A stretch of DNA of 64,000 bases from an uncultured bacterium. Its GTDB lineage: Bacteria > Babelota > Babeliae > Babelales > Babelaceae. This document shows, one piece after another, positions 1 to 10,257 of the stretch. The stretch covers positions 1,280,001-1,344,000 of the forward strand of contig OY970209.1 of assembly GCA_963713855.1 (NCBI GenBank). The letters are read 5' to 3'. A program made the position numbers and the translations under genes. Each line of letters begins with the position of its first letter. Positions within the stretch are counted from its first letter, which is position 1. The notes under the pieces were generated by a model that saw nothing but the letters and a program-made list of their open reading frames with translations, did not search any database and had not been told where the DNA came from.

Positions 1-2501
1 TTTTGTACAGATTGCGTACAAGCGATCTGAGCACCCTGGCTTAAAAAAGCCGTAAGAACGTTAGAAGTCGCTATGTATACCTGTTGAGTTTTTGGATCAA
101 GCAGAATACTAAAGTCGACAGGTTTTTTTACCAATGTAAGATCCGGCGAGTAAATACGCGAGGTTACAAGGCTTACAAAATAAACGTGCTTTGGACTTGG
201 TAGTTGCACAGGTGCAAAAAATGAATCAACCGGTACAAGGTAGTCGGTAAAGCTTCCTTCAAGCGTTGTACCGTTTTTATTGGCTTCGGGTGCACATTCG
301 TAGACAAAAACAGTTTGATAAGCACCGGTCTTTTTAAGGATGTCAGGTACTGCAAGGGTAAAGGTACCATACTGGAATGGGCCTTGCTTTAACTCATTTG
401 CAAAAGCGCCCGTCGACAGTCCGTTAAAAAGAGGCATGAGCGTTGCAGGTACTGAAGCTGCTGCGACTTTAGTTAAATCAATATATGGATTGACGCTCAC
501 TTTACCAGTTGATATATCAAAAGCAGTCTGATTTACGATGCTATACAAAAACCTTACGTTAGGATTCGTTGACCACACAATGGCGGCTACGGTATTAGGT
601 TTTTCAGGCTGTATTACCGGTACAAGCGCGGGTACAGGCGTATTACTTTCATCGAGTGAAATGACGTAGTCGTAAAGATGCGGAGCAACGTTAACAGGCC
701 TTCCTTTTAGTAAACGACGCGCTTGCACGGCCCACGGCGTGTCAGCCGTCTGATAAACAAAGTAACTTTGAGCTGGAAGTGGAGCATTAAATTGATCCAT
801 GTTAAGGTTAGAAGCATCAACTCCCACAAGCTCAAGCACCGATGCATCCGGCTTTTGCATAGCCTGCAAGGTAAAGCCACCTGATACACGTTCATCATTA
901 ACGCGAACAGTTACCGGTCCTACGTTAAATGGGCCAGACATCTGATCATAGGTCGAGGTCGAAGGCAATATTTTCTTTAAGTAGTCAAGCGCTTTGGAGC
1001 TTGCGCTAGCAAGCTTTCCAGCCTGCTGGCCTATAGAAGCTGTCGGTGTAGTAAAGATATTTTTAGCTGAATCACTGTAAAAGATTTTACTTAAGCCTTG
1101 TGTGTAGTTAAGGTCTCTACGAGCGCTTCCTCCACCTTGAGCGCGAGCGACTGAGCCTTGAGTGGTAAATATACCCGTACCACTATACATGTCATACGTC
1201 TCCGTAAATGGTTGCCCCAGATTGAGCCTTCCCGCAAGGTAATAAATGTACGTTAACATGTTGGTGACACAGTTATGCGTAATGTCTTTAGCATTAAGAG
1301 GGTATAACATACGGTAGGGGTAGCTATCGTTTGCAGGCATGCCGTCGCCTAAAAATTCAAGACCGCTATTAAGGTGAATCATTTGCCCTGCAAAATTAGG
1401 ACTTACGATTGCTGCAGCTCCCCACGAGTAGTTAACGGCACAGTTATCGTAATTGCCGCTTGAAACAAAGAAGTTTGCGTTATCTATGTTAGCTTGTGGT
1501 GCATCCGATCCTGCCCACTCCCCAGCTCCATTTGAGATGGTATCAAACATTTTTTCAACATTTTTGTCTATGACACGAGAATAAAGTGGAAGCGTAAGAT
1601 CAACATTTTGCGTGTCTATAAGTGGCTCAGGTATTTGAACCCATACGCCACCTACGTTTTGTGGCGCTCGCATGGTTGCAAGTTTTGCTTGTCTTGTAAG
1701 AGCGGCTTGTATAGCTCCCATTACCCAGTTAGGTACCATAAATATAAATGCACCAAAAAGCGCTATTAACATATGCTGCTTTACAAAGCCCCAAATTTTG
1801 CCTTTCCAAGTTGCCTGCGCTTCCTCTGGACTCATTTTTTCTATACGCTCACCAAGGTCTTTAATCGATTCGTTAAGTTCCTTAATCGAACCTTCAATAC
1901 CAGTTTCAGCTTTAACTAATGTTTCACCCTGAACATCAACAGCAGCACGTGAGGCGGCACCAGCTTCAGCAGCCCCACCAGCTTCTCCAGCCACCTCCAC
2001 TAAGTCAGTCGAGTCTTTTACAAAGGCGTCAGCTGTTGAAGTTAGCTCACTCTTTAACGCAGTAATACTATCCTTGACAGCTTGATCACTAATACGCACA
2101 CCTTCAGGCAAAGCTTTTTGAAGATCTTCAACGGTACCAGTCAAAGCTGTACCGATGCGATCTACTTGATCAGCTGATATCCCGACAATATTAGCCTCAC
2201 CTTTAGGAAAAATTTGTTCAAGCTCGCTACCTAATTTCGAGAAAGCCGCTTCACTAACTTCGGGAGTAATATTTTGGGTTAACTCCCGCTCAGGTACGTT
2301 TTCAAAGACATCTTTAACCGTTGAACCCGCAATATCAGCTACGTTTCTACTCAAGCCTTCGCCAAGTGACGAACTAAGAGAATCAACAACAGATGTCTCA
2401 GCCCCCTCAACCAAGCCCGCCATGCCAAACGTATAACTGGGACAGATAGCTAAAAAGCTATACATACTCAAAAAGAATACCTTGTATTTAAGGCGCTCCA
2501 T
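1..2501 (-). CDS. Large secreted/membrane hypothetical protein, partial (>833 aa, runs off the left edge)
   Basis: Not in the ORF track. ATG at 2501 with an AAGGAAGG RBS upstream. My translation is open to base 1: MERLKYKVFFLSMYSFLAICPSYTFGMAGLVEG... It has a signal peptide, an Ala/Glu-rich coiled region and a hydrophobic segment (MLIALFGAFIFMVPNWV). Confidence 0.85.
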   Translation of the reverse strand, partial: MERLKYKVFFLSMYSFLAICPSYTFGMAGLVEGAETSVVDSLSSSLGEGLSRNVADIAGSTVKDVFENVPERELTQNITPEVSEAAFSKLGSELEQIFPKGEANIVGISADQVDRIGTALTGTVEDLQKALPEGVRISDQAVKDSITALKSELTSTADAFVKDSTDLVEVAGEAGGAAEAGAASRAAVDVQGETLVKAETGIEGSIKELNESIKDLGERIEKMSPEEAQATWKGKIWGFVKQHMLIALFGAFIFMVPNWVMGAIQAALTRQAKLATMRAPQNVGGVWVQIPEPLIDTQNVDLTLPLYSRVIDKNVEKMFDTISNGAGEWAGSDAPQANIDNANFFVSSGNYDNCAVNYSWGAAAIVSPNFAGQMIHLNSGLEFLGDGMPANDSYPYRMLYPLNAKDITHNCVTNMLTYIYYLAGRLNLGQPFTETYDMYSGTGIFTTQGSVARAQGGGSARRDLNYTQGLSKIFYSDSAKNIFTTPTASIGQQAGKLASASSKALDYLKKILPSTSTYDQMSGPFNVGPVTVRVNDERVSGGFTLQAMQKPDASVLELVGVDASNLNMDQFNAPLPAQSYFVYQTADTPWAVQARRLLKGRPVNVAPHLYDYVISLDESNTPVPALVPVIQPEKPNTVAAIVWSTNPNVRFLYSIVNQTAFDISTGKVSVNPYIDLTKVAAASVPATLMPLFNGLSTGAFANELKQGPFQYGTFTLAVPDILKKTGAYQTVFVYECAPEANKNGTTLEGSFTDYLVPVDSFFAPVQLPSPKHVYFVSLVTSRIYSPDLTLVKKPVDFSILLDPKTQQVYIATSNVLTAFLSQGAQIACTQSVQ

Positions 2502-2671
2502 TACTACCCTTCCTTAAATCTTTTTAAGCTTCTGCTATATTTATACAATAACTAAATTTTAAATCTCAAGAGTTTGTTTAAATTTCCAGATTGTTTATAT
2601 AAAATTGGCTAAAACCGATTTTAAACCTTTTTTGTCGGATGACAAGGGAACGCGCGCTATATCTTCACGTG

Positions 2672-3823
2672 TTAGGGCTTAATAATTGGCTTAACGGTAA
2701 GTGCGGGCTCTGCTTCCTTAGTTGCCATGACAGCATCTTCTTCAGCGTCTTTAGAAACGTGAGCGAGTGGTCTTTCTTTGATGGTGCCATCAAGTGCTTT
2801 TTGGATAAAGCGTTGCACTTTGTAGATGTATTTTTCAGGATTATAAAAATATGAATCAAAATGCCCGCGGCCATTGGTAACCCACAAGCGTTTATATCCT
2901 TGTGCCGCATTGTACACCGCTTCCACTGCTGCGGGTGGTGCTTTATCATCATTGACGCAACTTATGAGCATGACCGGAATAGTTATTTTACTCATAGCTT
3001 CAACAACGTCTATTGGAACTATACAGGTATCAACTTGACTTGCATCCATCTTAGCTATTGTTTTGAGTCCAAATTTAAGCCACGATTGAACATAAGGATT
3101 ATATGCATACTTATGCAACAATGAGCGCCCTGGTAGCCCTACGTCATACCCAAATACCGTAAAGCGAAGCCTTTCCACCGCTCGTCCCAACAGATTTTCT
3201 GTCGACTCAAAAGGACAGTCCCATACTGCAAAGTCAAAAAGCGTTGGGTCGTTAGACTGTGCAAGAATAGAAGCTACCGCCCCCATTGAAAAGCCGTAAG
3301 CGATTCGCTTAGTGTCTTTAAGCTCCGGATCCGCCTTAACGAAATCAACTATGCCCATAACGTCGTACATCTCATCTTTTCCAAATGAGCAACACTGGCC
3401 TTCGGGTATGTCTCCATGGGCACGAAAATCAATTGTTATCGTGTTAAATGGTTTTCCGTCAAAAGCCGTATTAAAAAGTGAGTTGCTTAAAAAGCGTATA
3501 TCATACTTGTTACACATAAAACCATGAAAAATCAATACTGTAGACTGCGCACCAGGTCGCCTTATAAGCACAGCTTTGCGAGCCAATGCGCGGGTGGATT
3601 CGCCATTTTCACGAGAAAAAAAGGTAATAACCTCTTCTTGGCCACCCAAATAACGCTTCTTTCTTTCAGCCAAACGATCTTGGGCAGATCGAAAGCTTTT
3701 CTGATCGGCATGAAAGTGTGGCACATCAGACAATTTTCTAAAAAGTGCAAATATAACAGATATGCCGATTGCCAAAGCAAAGATAGCGATCAACAACCCT
3801 TGATAACGTCTCTTCATACTCAT
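2672..3823 (-). CDS. Alpha/beta hydrolase with N-terminal membrane anchor
   Basis: HG oxyanion motif (IFHGF), DFRAHG, nucleophile elbow GFSMG, Asp (DDKAP) and His (GHF). Confidence 0.85.
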   Translation of the reverse strand: MSMKRRYQGLLIAIFALAIGISVIFALFRKLSDVPHFHADQKSFRSAQDRLAERKKRYLGGQEEVITFFSRENGESTRALARKAVLIRRPGAQSTVLIFHGFMCNKYDIRFLSNSLFNTAFDGKPFNTITIDFRAHGDIPEGQCCSFGKDEMYDVMGIVDFVKADPELKDTKRIAYGFSMGAVASILAQSNDPTLFDFAVWDCPFESTENLLGRAVERLRFTVFGYDVGLPGRSLLHKYAYNPYVQSWLKFGLKTIAKMDASQVDTCIVPIDVVEAMSKITIPVMLISCVNDDKAPPAAVEAVYNAAQGYKRLWVTNGRGHFDSYFYNPEKYIYKVQRFIQKALDGTIKERPLAHVSKDAEEDAVMATKEAEPALTVKPIIKP

Positions 3824-3901
3824 AGAGGTTTTCCTTATCTGCGCACACCTTTTAACGATACCATAAAGATATCATATTGTCCTTTTACTTAGTAAGCAAC
3901 G

Positions 3902-5359
3902 CTATACGTGCTGAGCAATAAGCTCTATTAACGCCTGTTTATTCATAGCCTCTGCTGAACGAGCAACCAGGCTGCCGTTTTTAAATATAAGAAACGTCGG
4001 AATCATCGTCACATCGAATCTCTTGGAAAGCTCGTCCGATTTAGCAGTATCAGTCTTTAAAAATGTAGCCTTATTTCCAAAATGAGCAGCCGCCCCCTCA
4101 AATACCGGCAACATCTGCATACAAGATGGGCAGTAATCAGCATAAAAATCAAGTATGATTGGACCTTTTGCACCCACTAAATGCGTATCGAGCTCTTTGG
4201 ATGAGGTTATAAGCGGAAGTGTTACGCGTATATCATCTTTGAATGCCTTATAGAACTGCTTTTCAAGGGATACCATATAGTCACTTTCAATACCGTGTTC
4301 TTCAAGGCACCGATCAAGATCCAATGCGGCTTTAATACCATCACCAGCGGCAACGCCAGCTTGACGATAGACAGCATCAGTTGCGTCTCCCGCTACAAAG
4401 ACACATGGCTTAGAAGTTGCCTGTCCTGGGCCTACAAGCATAATATGTCCCCGCTCGCTCCGCAGAAGCTGGTCTTTAAAGACATCAGTGTTTGGAGTAT
4501 GGCCGATTCCTAAGAATAGTGCATTTACCGCCAAGACTTCGTGCTTTCCTTGAGCGTTAGTGATATCGAGAGATGTTACATGATTGCCATCGCCGATTAC
4601 CTTGTTGGGCTTTGTTTTAAAACGAATTTCAATGCGAGGATTTGATCGTAATCGCTTTTGCATAATTGGCGAGGCGCGAAGCCGTTCCCCACGGACAAGC
4701 ATAATTACTTTTTCGGCAAATGTAGCAAGCTCGAGCGCTTCCTCCGCTGCAGAATCCCCGCCTCCCGCAACAGCTACTATTTTACCCTTGTAAAAGAACG
4801 CGTCGCATACTGCGCAAGTACTAACCCCTCTTGACCAGTAGGTATCTTCACCTTCTATACCAAGTCGCAAAGCCTGAGCACCTGTAGCAACGATAATTGC
4901 TGCAGCACGTATTTCTCTGCCCTCATCGGTCCAAAGCGTATAAGGGTACCTCGTTTTCAAATCTACTCGTGTAATAGTTTCAGGTGAGAAGGTTGCACCA
5001 AATGCACGTACCTGATCCTTTGCATTGCTCATGAGCACAGGTCCACGTTCGGATCCTACACCAGGCCAGTTTTCGATAACTGAAGTCTCTGTCAGCTGGC
5101 CACCAGGCTGTGGACCTTCAAAAACATACGTAGGCCAATTCATGCGCGAAGTATAAAGAGCAGCCGCAAGTCCTGCAGGACCCGAGCCTATAATAACGAC
5201 AGGAGCAAGATTCTGGACATCTTTAAATACGTCGCGATTTATGACGATGCTTGAGCCCGATTCACCTCGAGGAAGGCCACAACGATACCAAAAACCCATA
5301 CCAGCAAGACCAAGAGCACAGATCAGGACAAGGACCGGGAGAAACTGTTTACCATGCAT
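3902..5359 (-). CDS. Thioredoxin reductase fused to a C-terminal thioredoxin, with N-terminal TM/signal segment
   Basis: GSGPAG FAD motif, IENWPG, CAVCD, GGGDSA, FVAGD, then a Trx domain LDFYADYCPSC...IPTF. Start chosen at the ATG at 5359 (AAAGGA RBS); the ORF track starts at 5395. Confidence 0.9.
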   Translation of the reverse strand: MHGKQFLPVLVLICALGLAGMGFWYRCGLPRGESGSSIVINRDVFKDVQNLAPVVIIGSGPAGLAAALYTSRMNWPTYVFEGPQPGGQLTETSVIENWPGVGSERGPVLMSNAKDQVRAFGATFSPETITRVDLKTRYPYTLWTDEGREIRAAAIIVATGAQALRLGIEGEDTYWSRGVSTCAVCDAFFYKGKIVAVAGGGDSAAEEALELATFAEKVIMLVRGERLRASPIMQKRLRSNPRIEIRFKTKPNKVIGDGNHVTSLDITNAQGKHEVLAVNALFLGIGHTPNTDVFKDQLLRSERGHIMLVGPGQATSKPCVFVAGDATDAVYRQAGVAAGDGIKAALDLDRCLEEHGIESDYMVSLEKQFYKAFKDDIRVTLPLITSSKELDTHLVGAKGPIILDFYADYCPSCMQMLPVFEGAAAHFGNKATFLKTDTAKSDELSKRFDVTMIPTFLIFKNGSLVARSAEAMNKQALIELIAQHV

Positions 5360-5723
5360 TTTATATGTTTCCTTTATGATATGCCCATCGAGCATAAGTA
5401 TTACAAATAAAAATTAATTATAGTATTTAGTTTAAACAAAATGAAAAAAAAGTAAATATTCAAGAAGCACACCTTCTAGTTTATTGATTACGCACACAAA
5501 TGTTAAGATTTTATTCGTGAGATGCCCGGACATTAATTTTGGTTTTTGATTATATTGAGCATACTTTTACATACATTATACGAAAGACTCCAAAGCATTT
5601 TTCGTATAAAAATCTTATTCAAACACCCAAAAAAAGTATCTTTCGCTGATCATGACACTTTAAAAAAATACTATTTAATTTATACTAAGCGTGTCCCCCT
5701 CTTCTATTAACGAAAGGAACTAT

Positions 5724-7154
5724 ATGCGTTCGTCCAACTATTGTAGGTTATTATTTGCTATTATTTTAAGTTTGTCTTTAAATTCCGCTGCGCAATTTGA
5801 TGACGCTATTGCATCGCTTGGTTATGTTTGGCTTGGCGACCGTGTAAACGTAATTGCCAAAAAAGCCGGAAAGCATTTAATATCGCCCAAAGAATTTAAC
5901 TTAACATCCCCGGTTTTAAAACAAATTATATCACTCGGTACAAAAACGTGGATCAACGGCATAGTAAAAGAAACACTTGCAGACCCTTCAGCAGACGGAC
6001 TCGTATCAATTCTTTCTTCATTTACCATTGCATCAATTCCGCAGCTATTATTTCCTTCTGCAAGCCCGCAGATTTACGTCTCAAAAACATTAGAAAATGC
6101 TCTTAAATTTATAGAAAAAGGAGGTACATCGCCAGAACTCCTCGCAGAGCTAAAAGAAATTGCCAAATTACCAGCAACGGCGGAAGAGTTTGAAAAAGTG
6201 CTAGATAATGCCCTTCTAAGTTTGACAGACAAGTTTCAAAAGGTCCCCAAATATCAAGAAACTATAAAGCAACTTGAAAAAGCTGCCTCTATTGCGGGAA
6301 ACAGAGCAGCCATACGACTGGCAGCATTTAACGCTGGTCTTAAATTAAATAGCATCGTAGAACACGTTATTCGAATAGATGACTTTATATTTGACTATGA
6401 CACCGTAAAATTTGCAGCGCTCAATAGCACATTTGCGTCTCCAGATAGAAATGATTACCGTTTCACTGCAAGAGAGCGACTTATCAGATTAGCTGAGATA
6501 GCTCAAGAAGATCCACTGACTGCTAGCGTTGCAGTTGCACACTGCTTGCTGTCCCACGGGATTGTTTTATTCACTCAGATTCTTGGAAATACTGGCGTTA
6601 GGCAAACTAATGTCGCTCTTTTAGAGCCAAAAACAAGCACTTATGGAAAGCTGTTAAGCATCGCTTTTTCTATGTTCATTTCATATGGCATAGAGGACTA
6701 CGCAAAAAACATACTCAGAGATGGCTTTGATGAGCTTGATCTTTATGACCCAAAATATGTAAAAGCGTACGATGCAGCATACGTTGTCGGAGTTAAAGCT
6801 CCATTTGCAGTAGCTGCTTGGCAAGCTTGCTATACTTTTGCAAAAGTCCTAAGTAAAGGCTTATTGGTTCAAGCTCATTTACTGGATTTTGAGAAGCATA
6901 CCGACGTCAAAGAGGCGATCACGGGAGGTATTACGCTAGCAATTTTCACCCTTCTTTACGTCAACATAGAGTTTAATGAAATTCTTTGGGATAGTGTATT
7001 TTCCACCTTAAGAGGCATCAAGTATCTCGCTACAAATCCAAAGGAATGTGTCACGGTATATGGTGGCGCTGCCTTGGATGTCGCTGCCGATGGAATTGAT
7101 TCGGTTATGAGCCTTGTAGGAGCTAAAGAAGACGAACAAAAAGATGAGCTCTAA
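5724..7154 (+). CDS. Hypothetical secreted/multi-pass membrane protein
   Basis: Long ORF with an AAAGGA RBS before the ATG at 5724, a signal peptide and several hydrophobic helices in the C-terminal half. Confidence 0.7.
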   Translation: MRSSNYCRLLFAIILSLSLNSAAQFDDAIASLGYVWLGDRVNVIAKKAGKHLISPKEFNLTSPVLKQIISLGTKTWINGIVKETLADPSADGLVSILSSFTIASIPQLLFPSASPQIYVSKTLENALKFIEKGGTSPELLAELKEIAKLPATAEEFEKVLDNALLSLTDKFQKVPKYQETIKQLEKAASIAGNRAAIRLAAFNAGLKLNSIVEHVIRIDDFIFDYDTVKFAALNSTFASPDRNDYRFTARERLIRLAEIAQEDPLTASVAVAHCLLSHGIVLFTQILGNTGVRQTNVALLEPKTSTYGKLLSIAFSMFISYGIEDYAKNILRDGFDELDLYDPKYVKAYDAAYVVGVKAPFAVAAWQACYTFAKVLSKGLLVQAHLLDFEKHTDVKEAITGGITLAIFTLLYVNIEFNEILWDSVFSTLRGIKYLATNPKECVTVYGGAALDVAADGIDSVMSLVGAKEDEQKDEL

Positions 7155-7160
7155 CAAATT

Positions 7161-7601
7161 TCATAGCTCGGCATCAATCATAGAAAGCCGCTTCTCATAA
7201 TGGTTTTTCTTAAAACCGCAGTGAAGCCAAGATACAAAAATACCATAGGCTTCCTGGTACGTTAGATAATCTGATGGAAAAACGAGTACGTTGACGTTGT
7301 CATCTTCACGCGAAGCACAAGCAATTGCAGGGCTCCAAGCGAGCCCTGCATATATTCCTTTATATCGATTAGCAGCGATCGCCATGCCTGTACCCGTACC
7401 GCACATAAGAACACCGGCATCAGCTGCACCCTGTTGCACAGCTCGCGCAACGGCTGCAGCAAAGACTGGGTAGTCTGATCGCTCTGAGGTTAAAGCACCT
7501 TTATCCAGCCACTCAAAAAGAATACCGTCCTGCGAGGTATGCTGCTTTATAAATTCTTTCATTCCAAAGCCGCGATGATCAGCGCCTATAGCAATAATCA
7601 T
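7161..7601 (-). CDS. rpiB: Ribose-5-phosphate isomerase B (RpiB/LacA/LacB family)
   Basis: IAIGADHRG, SDYP, CGTGTGMAIAANR and NVL motifs. Confidence 0.92.
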   Translation of the reverse strand: MIIAIGADHRGFGMKEFIKQHTSQDGILFEWLDKGALTSERSDYPVFAAAVARAVQQGAADAGVLMCGTGTGMAIAANRYKGIYAGLAWSPAIACASREDDNVNVLVFPSDYLTYQEAYGIFVSWLHCGFKKNHYEKRLSMIDAEL

Positions 7602-7759
7602 TACTTGTTCTCCTTGATTTTCGTTTTAAAAATCTAGCATAAGCTCCGCCGTTTTTACGATAGTTACCTTCAAAAAGCTCTTGACTTTAACACTTTTCAG
7701 TTGGATAGAATCATGCTGAACAAGGGATTTTTTGACCACACAAGAACCAAGGGGAATCC

Positions 7760-8674
7760 ATGAGCACATTGTACCTTACTCTCTTCCTAGTAATTGGTTC
7801 TTGTAATACTTTTTATTGCAAGGCAAATCCCGTGGTAGAAGCAGCAACATACGCTGCGGTCGGACACGGAGCTAATTATGCAAGTAACTGGCTAGCGCAT
7901 GGCATAACACGCTCTTTTCATTTACCGAGTGATATTCTCTACACGGTAATACAACGTAGTGGCAAATCGATTAACAATGTTGTTGTTCGACATCTTTACA
8001 ACATACTAATGCCAAATGTGCTCCCTTACACAATGATTTTTCCTGGAGATCCAAATGAAAATCTTGCAAGTACCTCCTACGAAGCTGGTCGTCAGGCTCT
8101 AATTTTATGGGAACTAGCATGTTTATGCGCTCTTTGGTATGAGGAATGGAAACAAACTAATTTTAATACGGATGAATATGAAACACATTTTCTGAGTCAA
8201 TTAAGGTTATTAGGTACTTCAGCACTTTTTCGGTCGCAACAATTCGTGATAGCGATCGCATACTTTATGGCAGGCTTACTTGTAGCTGGACTTGCCAAAA
8301 AAATAGGCGAAGCTTCTAGAAAAGCAACGGCCGCCCTTTTTCCACAAGGATCAGTTGTAGATCATAGACGAACTCCAAATGGCGCAGAAATATTTGTCGG
8401 CAAAGAACCAATCAAGAAGGTGTATGAAAGTACTTTTGGTATTCCGGTAGCTATGCTTTTAAAGCCGCTTGTGCTATATTATTTTAAGGAATTTCTTTCT
8501 CTTATAAAAGTCCATCAAAGCGAATCAACCGCCTTGTGGGAAAAATCATATGATGTTGGTGACAAGCTGCAATGGTCTTTAACAGGTTTAGAATACACAT
8601 TTAAAACCGGCTTTTGGCTTATAAGTGGTCACAGTTACGGCATGGTCGAGAAAAGTAAGCAAAAAATATCATGA
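7760..8674 (+). CDS. Hypothetical membrane protein with signal peptide
   Basis: AGGGG RBS, signal peptide and hydrophobic helices. Overlaps the next gene by ATGA. Confidence 0.7.
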   Translation: MSTLYLTLFLVIGSCNTFYCKANPVVEAATYAAVGHGANYASNWLAHGITRSFHLPSDILYTVIQRSGKSINNVVVRHLYNILMPNVLPYTMIFPGDPNENLASTSYEAGRQALILWELACLCALWYEEWKQTNFNTDEYETHFLSQLRLLGTSALFRSQQFVIAIAYFMAGLLVAGLAKKIGEASRKATAALFPQGSVVDHRRTPNGAEIFVGKEPIKKVYESTFGIPVAMLLKPLVLYYFKEFLSLIKVHQSESTALWEKSYDVGDKLQWSLTGLEYTFKTGFWLISGHSYGMVEKSKQKIS

Positions 8675-9906
8675 AACAAGCTCTAATGCTCTTAGCTTAT
8701 CGCTTTATTCGCAATACTCATCAAAAAAGTATTGCTATGATGACTATGATTGCATTTGTTAGTATCGTTTTAGCTTCAAGTGCTCTTTCGTTAGTAGCTG
8801 CTATTATGTCAGGATTTGAGCAAGAAACACGCGCTATCGTTCAAGGCATACATCCCGATTTAACCATTCAAGGGGGTGGGTTGCCGCTACGGTTAGATGC
8901 CATTAAAGAAGCTGTTCTTAATGCTTATCCTGCAGAGATCGCGGGCATAAGCCCTATGAGCCAAAACCACGTTCTAGTAAAAGCATCAGATCAAGAGGGA
9001 GTTGGAGTTTTAGGCGTTATGCTAGGCATAGATCCTGAGGCAGAAGCAACGGTCAGTAGGCTGCCTTTACTTGTTGAAAAGAGCACAAAAACCCTTTCTT
9101 TTAAAGACCTTTTTCAAGGTGAGCAGGTTGTCATAGGAAAAGCTTTGGCTGACTCACTTGGTGCATCAATAAGCTCTGAGATTACAGTGCTTTTTGTGCC
9201 CGAAAGCGAGGTAAACAGTAAAACGCAAATTTTTCTTGAACAAAAAAAAGTGAAAGTAGGTGGAGTCTTTAAAACGGGTATTGAAGACATTGATGCCCAC
9301 GTTCTTTTTGGCTCACTAGACCTTTTTAAAAATCTATTTCCTGAAAGCAGTATAACTGCAATCAACCTAAAACTAAACTCGCTTTCAAAGGAAGATACTC
9401 TCAAAACCGAGCTTAAAAAGTTTTTAGGACTAAGCGTTCTTTCATGGCAAGACCTATACCCAGCGCTCCTTTCAGCACTTACTCTTGAAAAATACGCAAG
9501 CATGCTTGTTCTTGCATTAATAGGACTTGTAGCTTGCGTTAATATTATGGCTCTTCTTTTTATGTACATTACCAACAAAAAAACGGAAATCGCTCTTTTA
9601 CGCACGTTTGGCGTTCGTGAGAACGAACTCATGGGACTTTTTGTAGGAATGGGCGGGGGTATCGGTTTTGCGGGATCTATATTAGGCGTTATGATAGCAT
9701 CCTTGATAAGCTTTCTTCTTAATGAGTATCAACTCATTAAACTACCAAGCGTCTATTATATCACACACGTTCCAGCGCATATGACCTTTTTAATCGGCAT
9801 ATGCGTCATTATACTGGTCACTGTTGCAAGTTGTATCGCTGCTTATATACCCGCCCGTACTTTACAGGGTATTGATGTGGCGAATCTTTTAAAACAAACC
9901 TATTAA
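8671..9906 (+). CDS. Lipoprotein-releasing ABC transporter permease (LolC/LolE, FtsX-like)
   Basis: IMSGFE after TM1, periplasmic MacB-like domain (GIDPE, IGKALA), NI...K..EIALLRTFG, YYITHVP, IPAR. Confidence 0.85.
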   Translation: MKQALMLLAYRFIRNTHQKSIAMMTMIAFVSIVLASSALSLVAAIMSGFEQETRAIVQGIHPDLTIQGGGLPLRLDAIKEAVLNAYPAEIAGISPMSQNHVLVKASDQEGVGVLGVMLGIDPEAEATVSRLPLLVEKSTKTLSFKDLFQGEQVVIGKALADSLGASISSEITVLFVPESEVNSKTQIFLEQKKVKVGGVFKTGIEDIDAHVLFGSLDLFKNLFPESSITAINLKLNSLSKEDTLKTELKKFLGLSVLSWQDLYPALLSALTLEKYASMLVLALIGLVACVNIMALLFMYITNKKTEIALLRTFGVRENELMGLFVGMGGGIGFAGSILGVMIASLISFLLNEYQLIKLPSVYYITHVPAHMTFLIGICVIILVTVASCIAAYIPARTLQGIDVANLLKQTY

Positions 9907-9912
9907 GAGGTC

Positions 9913-9957
9913 GCTGCTCCCATGCGCCAGATAAGCAGGGGAAAGCATGGAAGCAGC
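9913..9957. terminator. Hairpin between convergent genes, probable terminator
   Basis: GCTGCTCCCATGC ... GCATGGAAGCAGC inverted repeat with one mismatch, between stops at 9906 and 9966. Confidence 0.45.
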
Positions 9958-9965
9958 ATTATACA

Positions 9966-10139
9966 TTATGAGCGATCATGGTGATAAGGAAACCACTTAG
10001 CCCCAGAAAAACCGCCATGTGGACGCTTCGAAGATCTCTTTTTGAGATTTCCATTTTCCTGAGACTTGCGATCAGCGCAAAATTGACAGAAAGCCTTTTG
10101 AGATTTTTTTGCTCGTATTTTGGCTTTGATATTTTTCAT
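9966..10139 (-). CDS. Small basic hypothetical protein with CxxC
   Basis: AGGGGGG RBS before MKNIKAKIRAKK. Lys/Arg-rich with CQFC. Short, so uncertain. Confidence 0.45.
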   Translation of the reverse strand: MKNIKAKIRAKKSQKAFCQFCADRKSQENGNLKKRSSKRPHGGFSGAKWFPYHHDRS

Positions 10140-10257
10140 GTTTTCCCCCCTTAACTTACTCATTAAAATAAGTCTATATTATTTATGTTTGAAATTTCAA
10201 GAATTTTAATAAAAATATCTTGGGGATTTCTTTCTGAATTTGTTTGCCACGACCTTT

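Noticed and set aside
9905..9965. SRP RNA, suggested by GGAAGCAGC
   Set aside because: It lacks the CAGG-stem-GNRA-stem-AGCAG geometry and is too short. A simple hairpin between convergent genes explains it.
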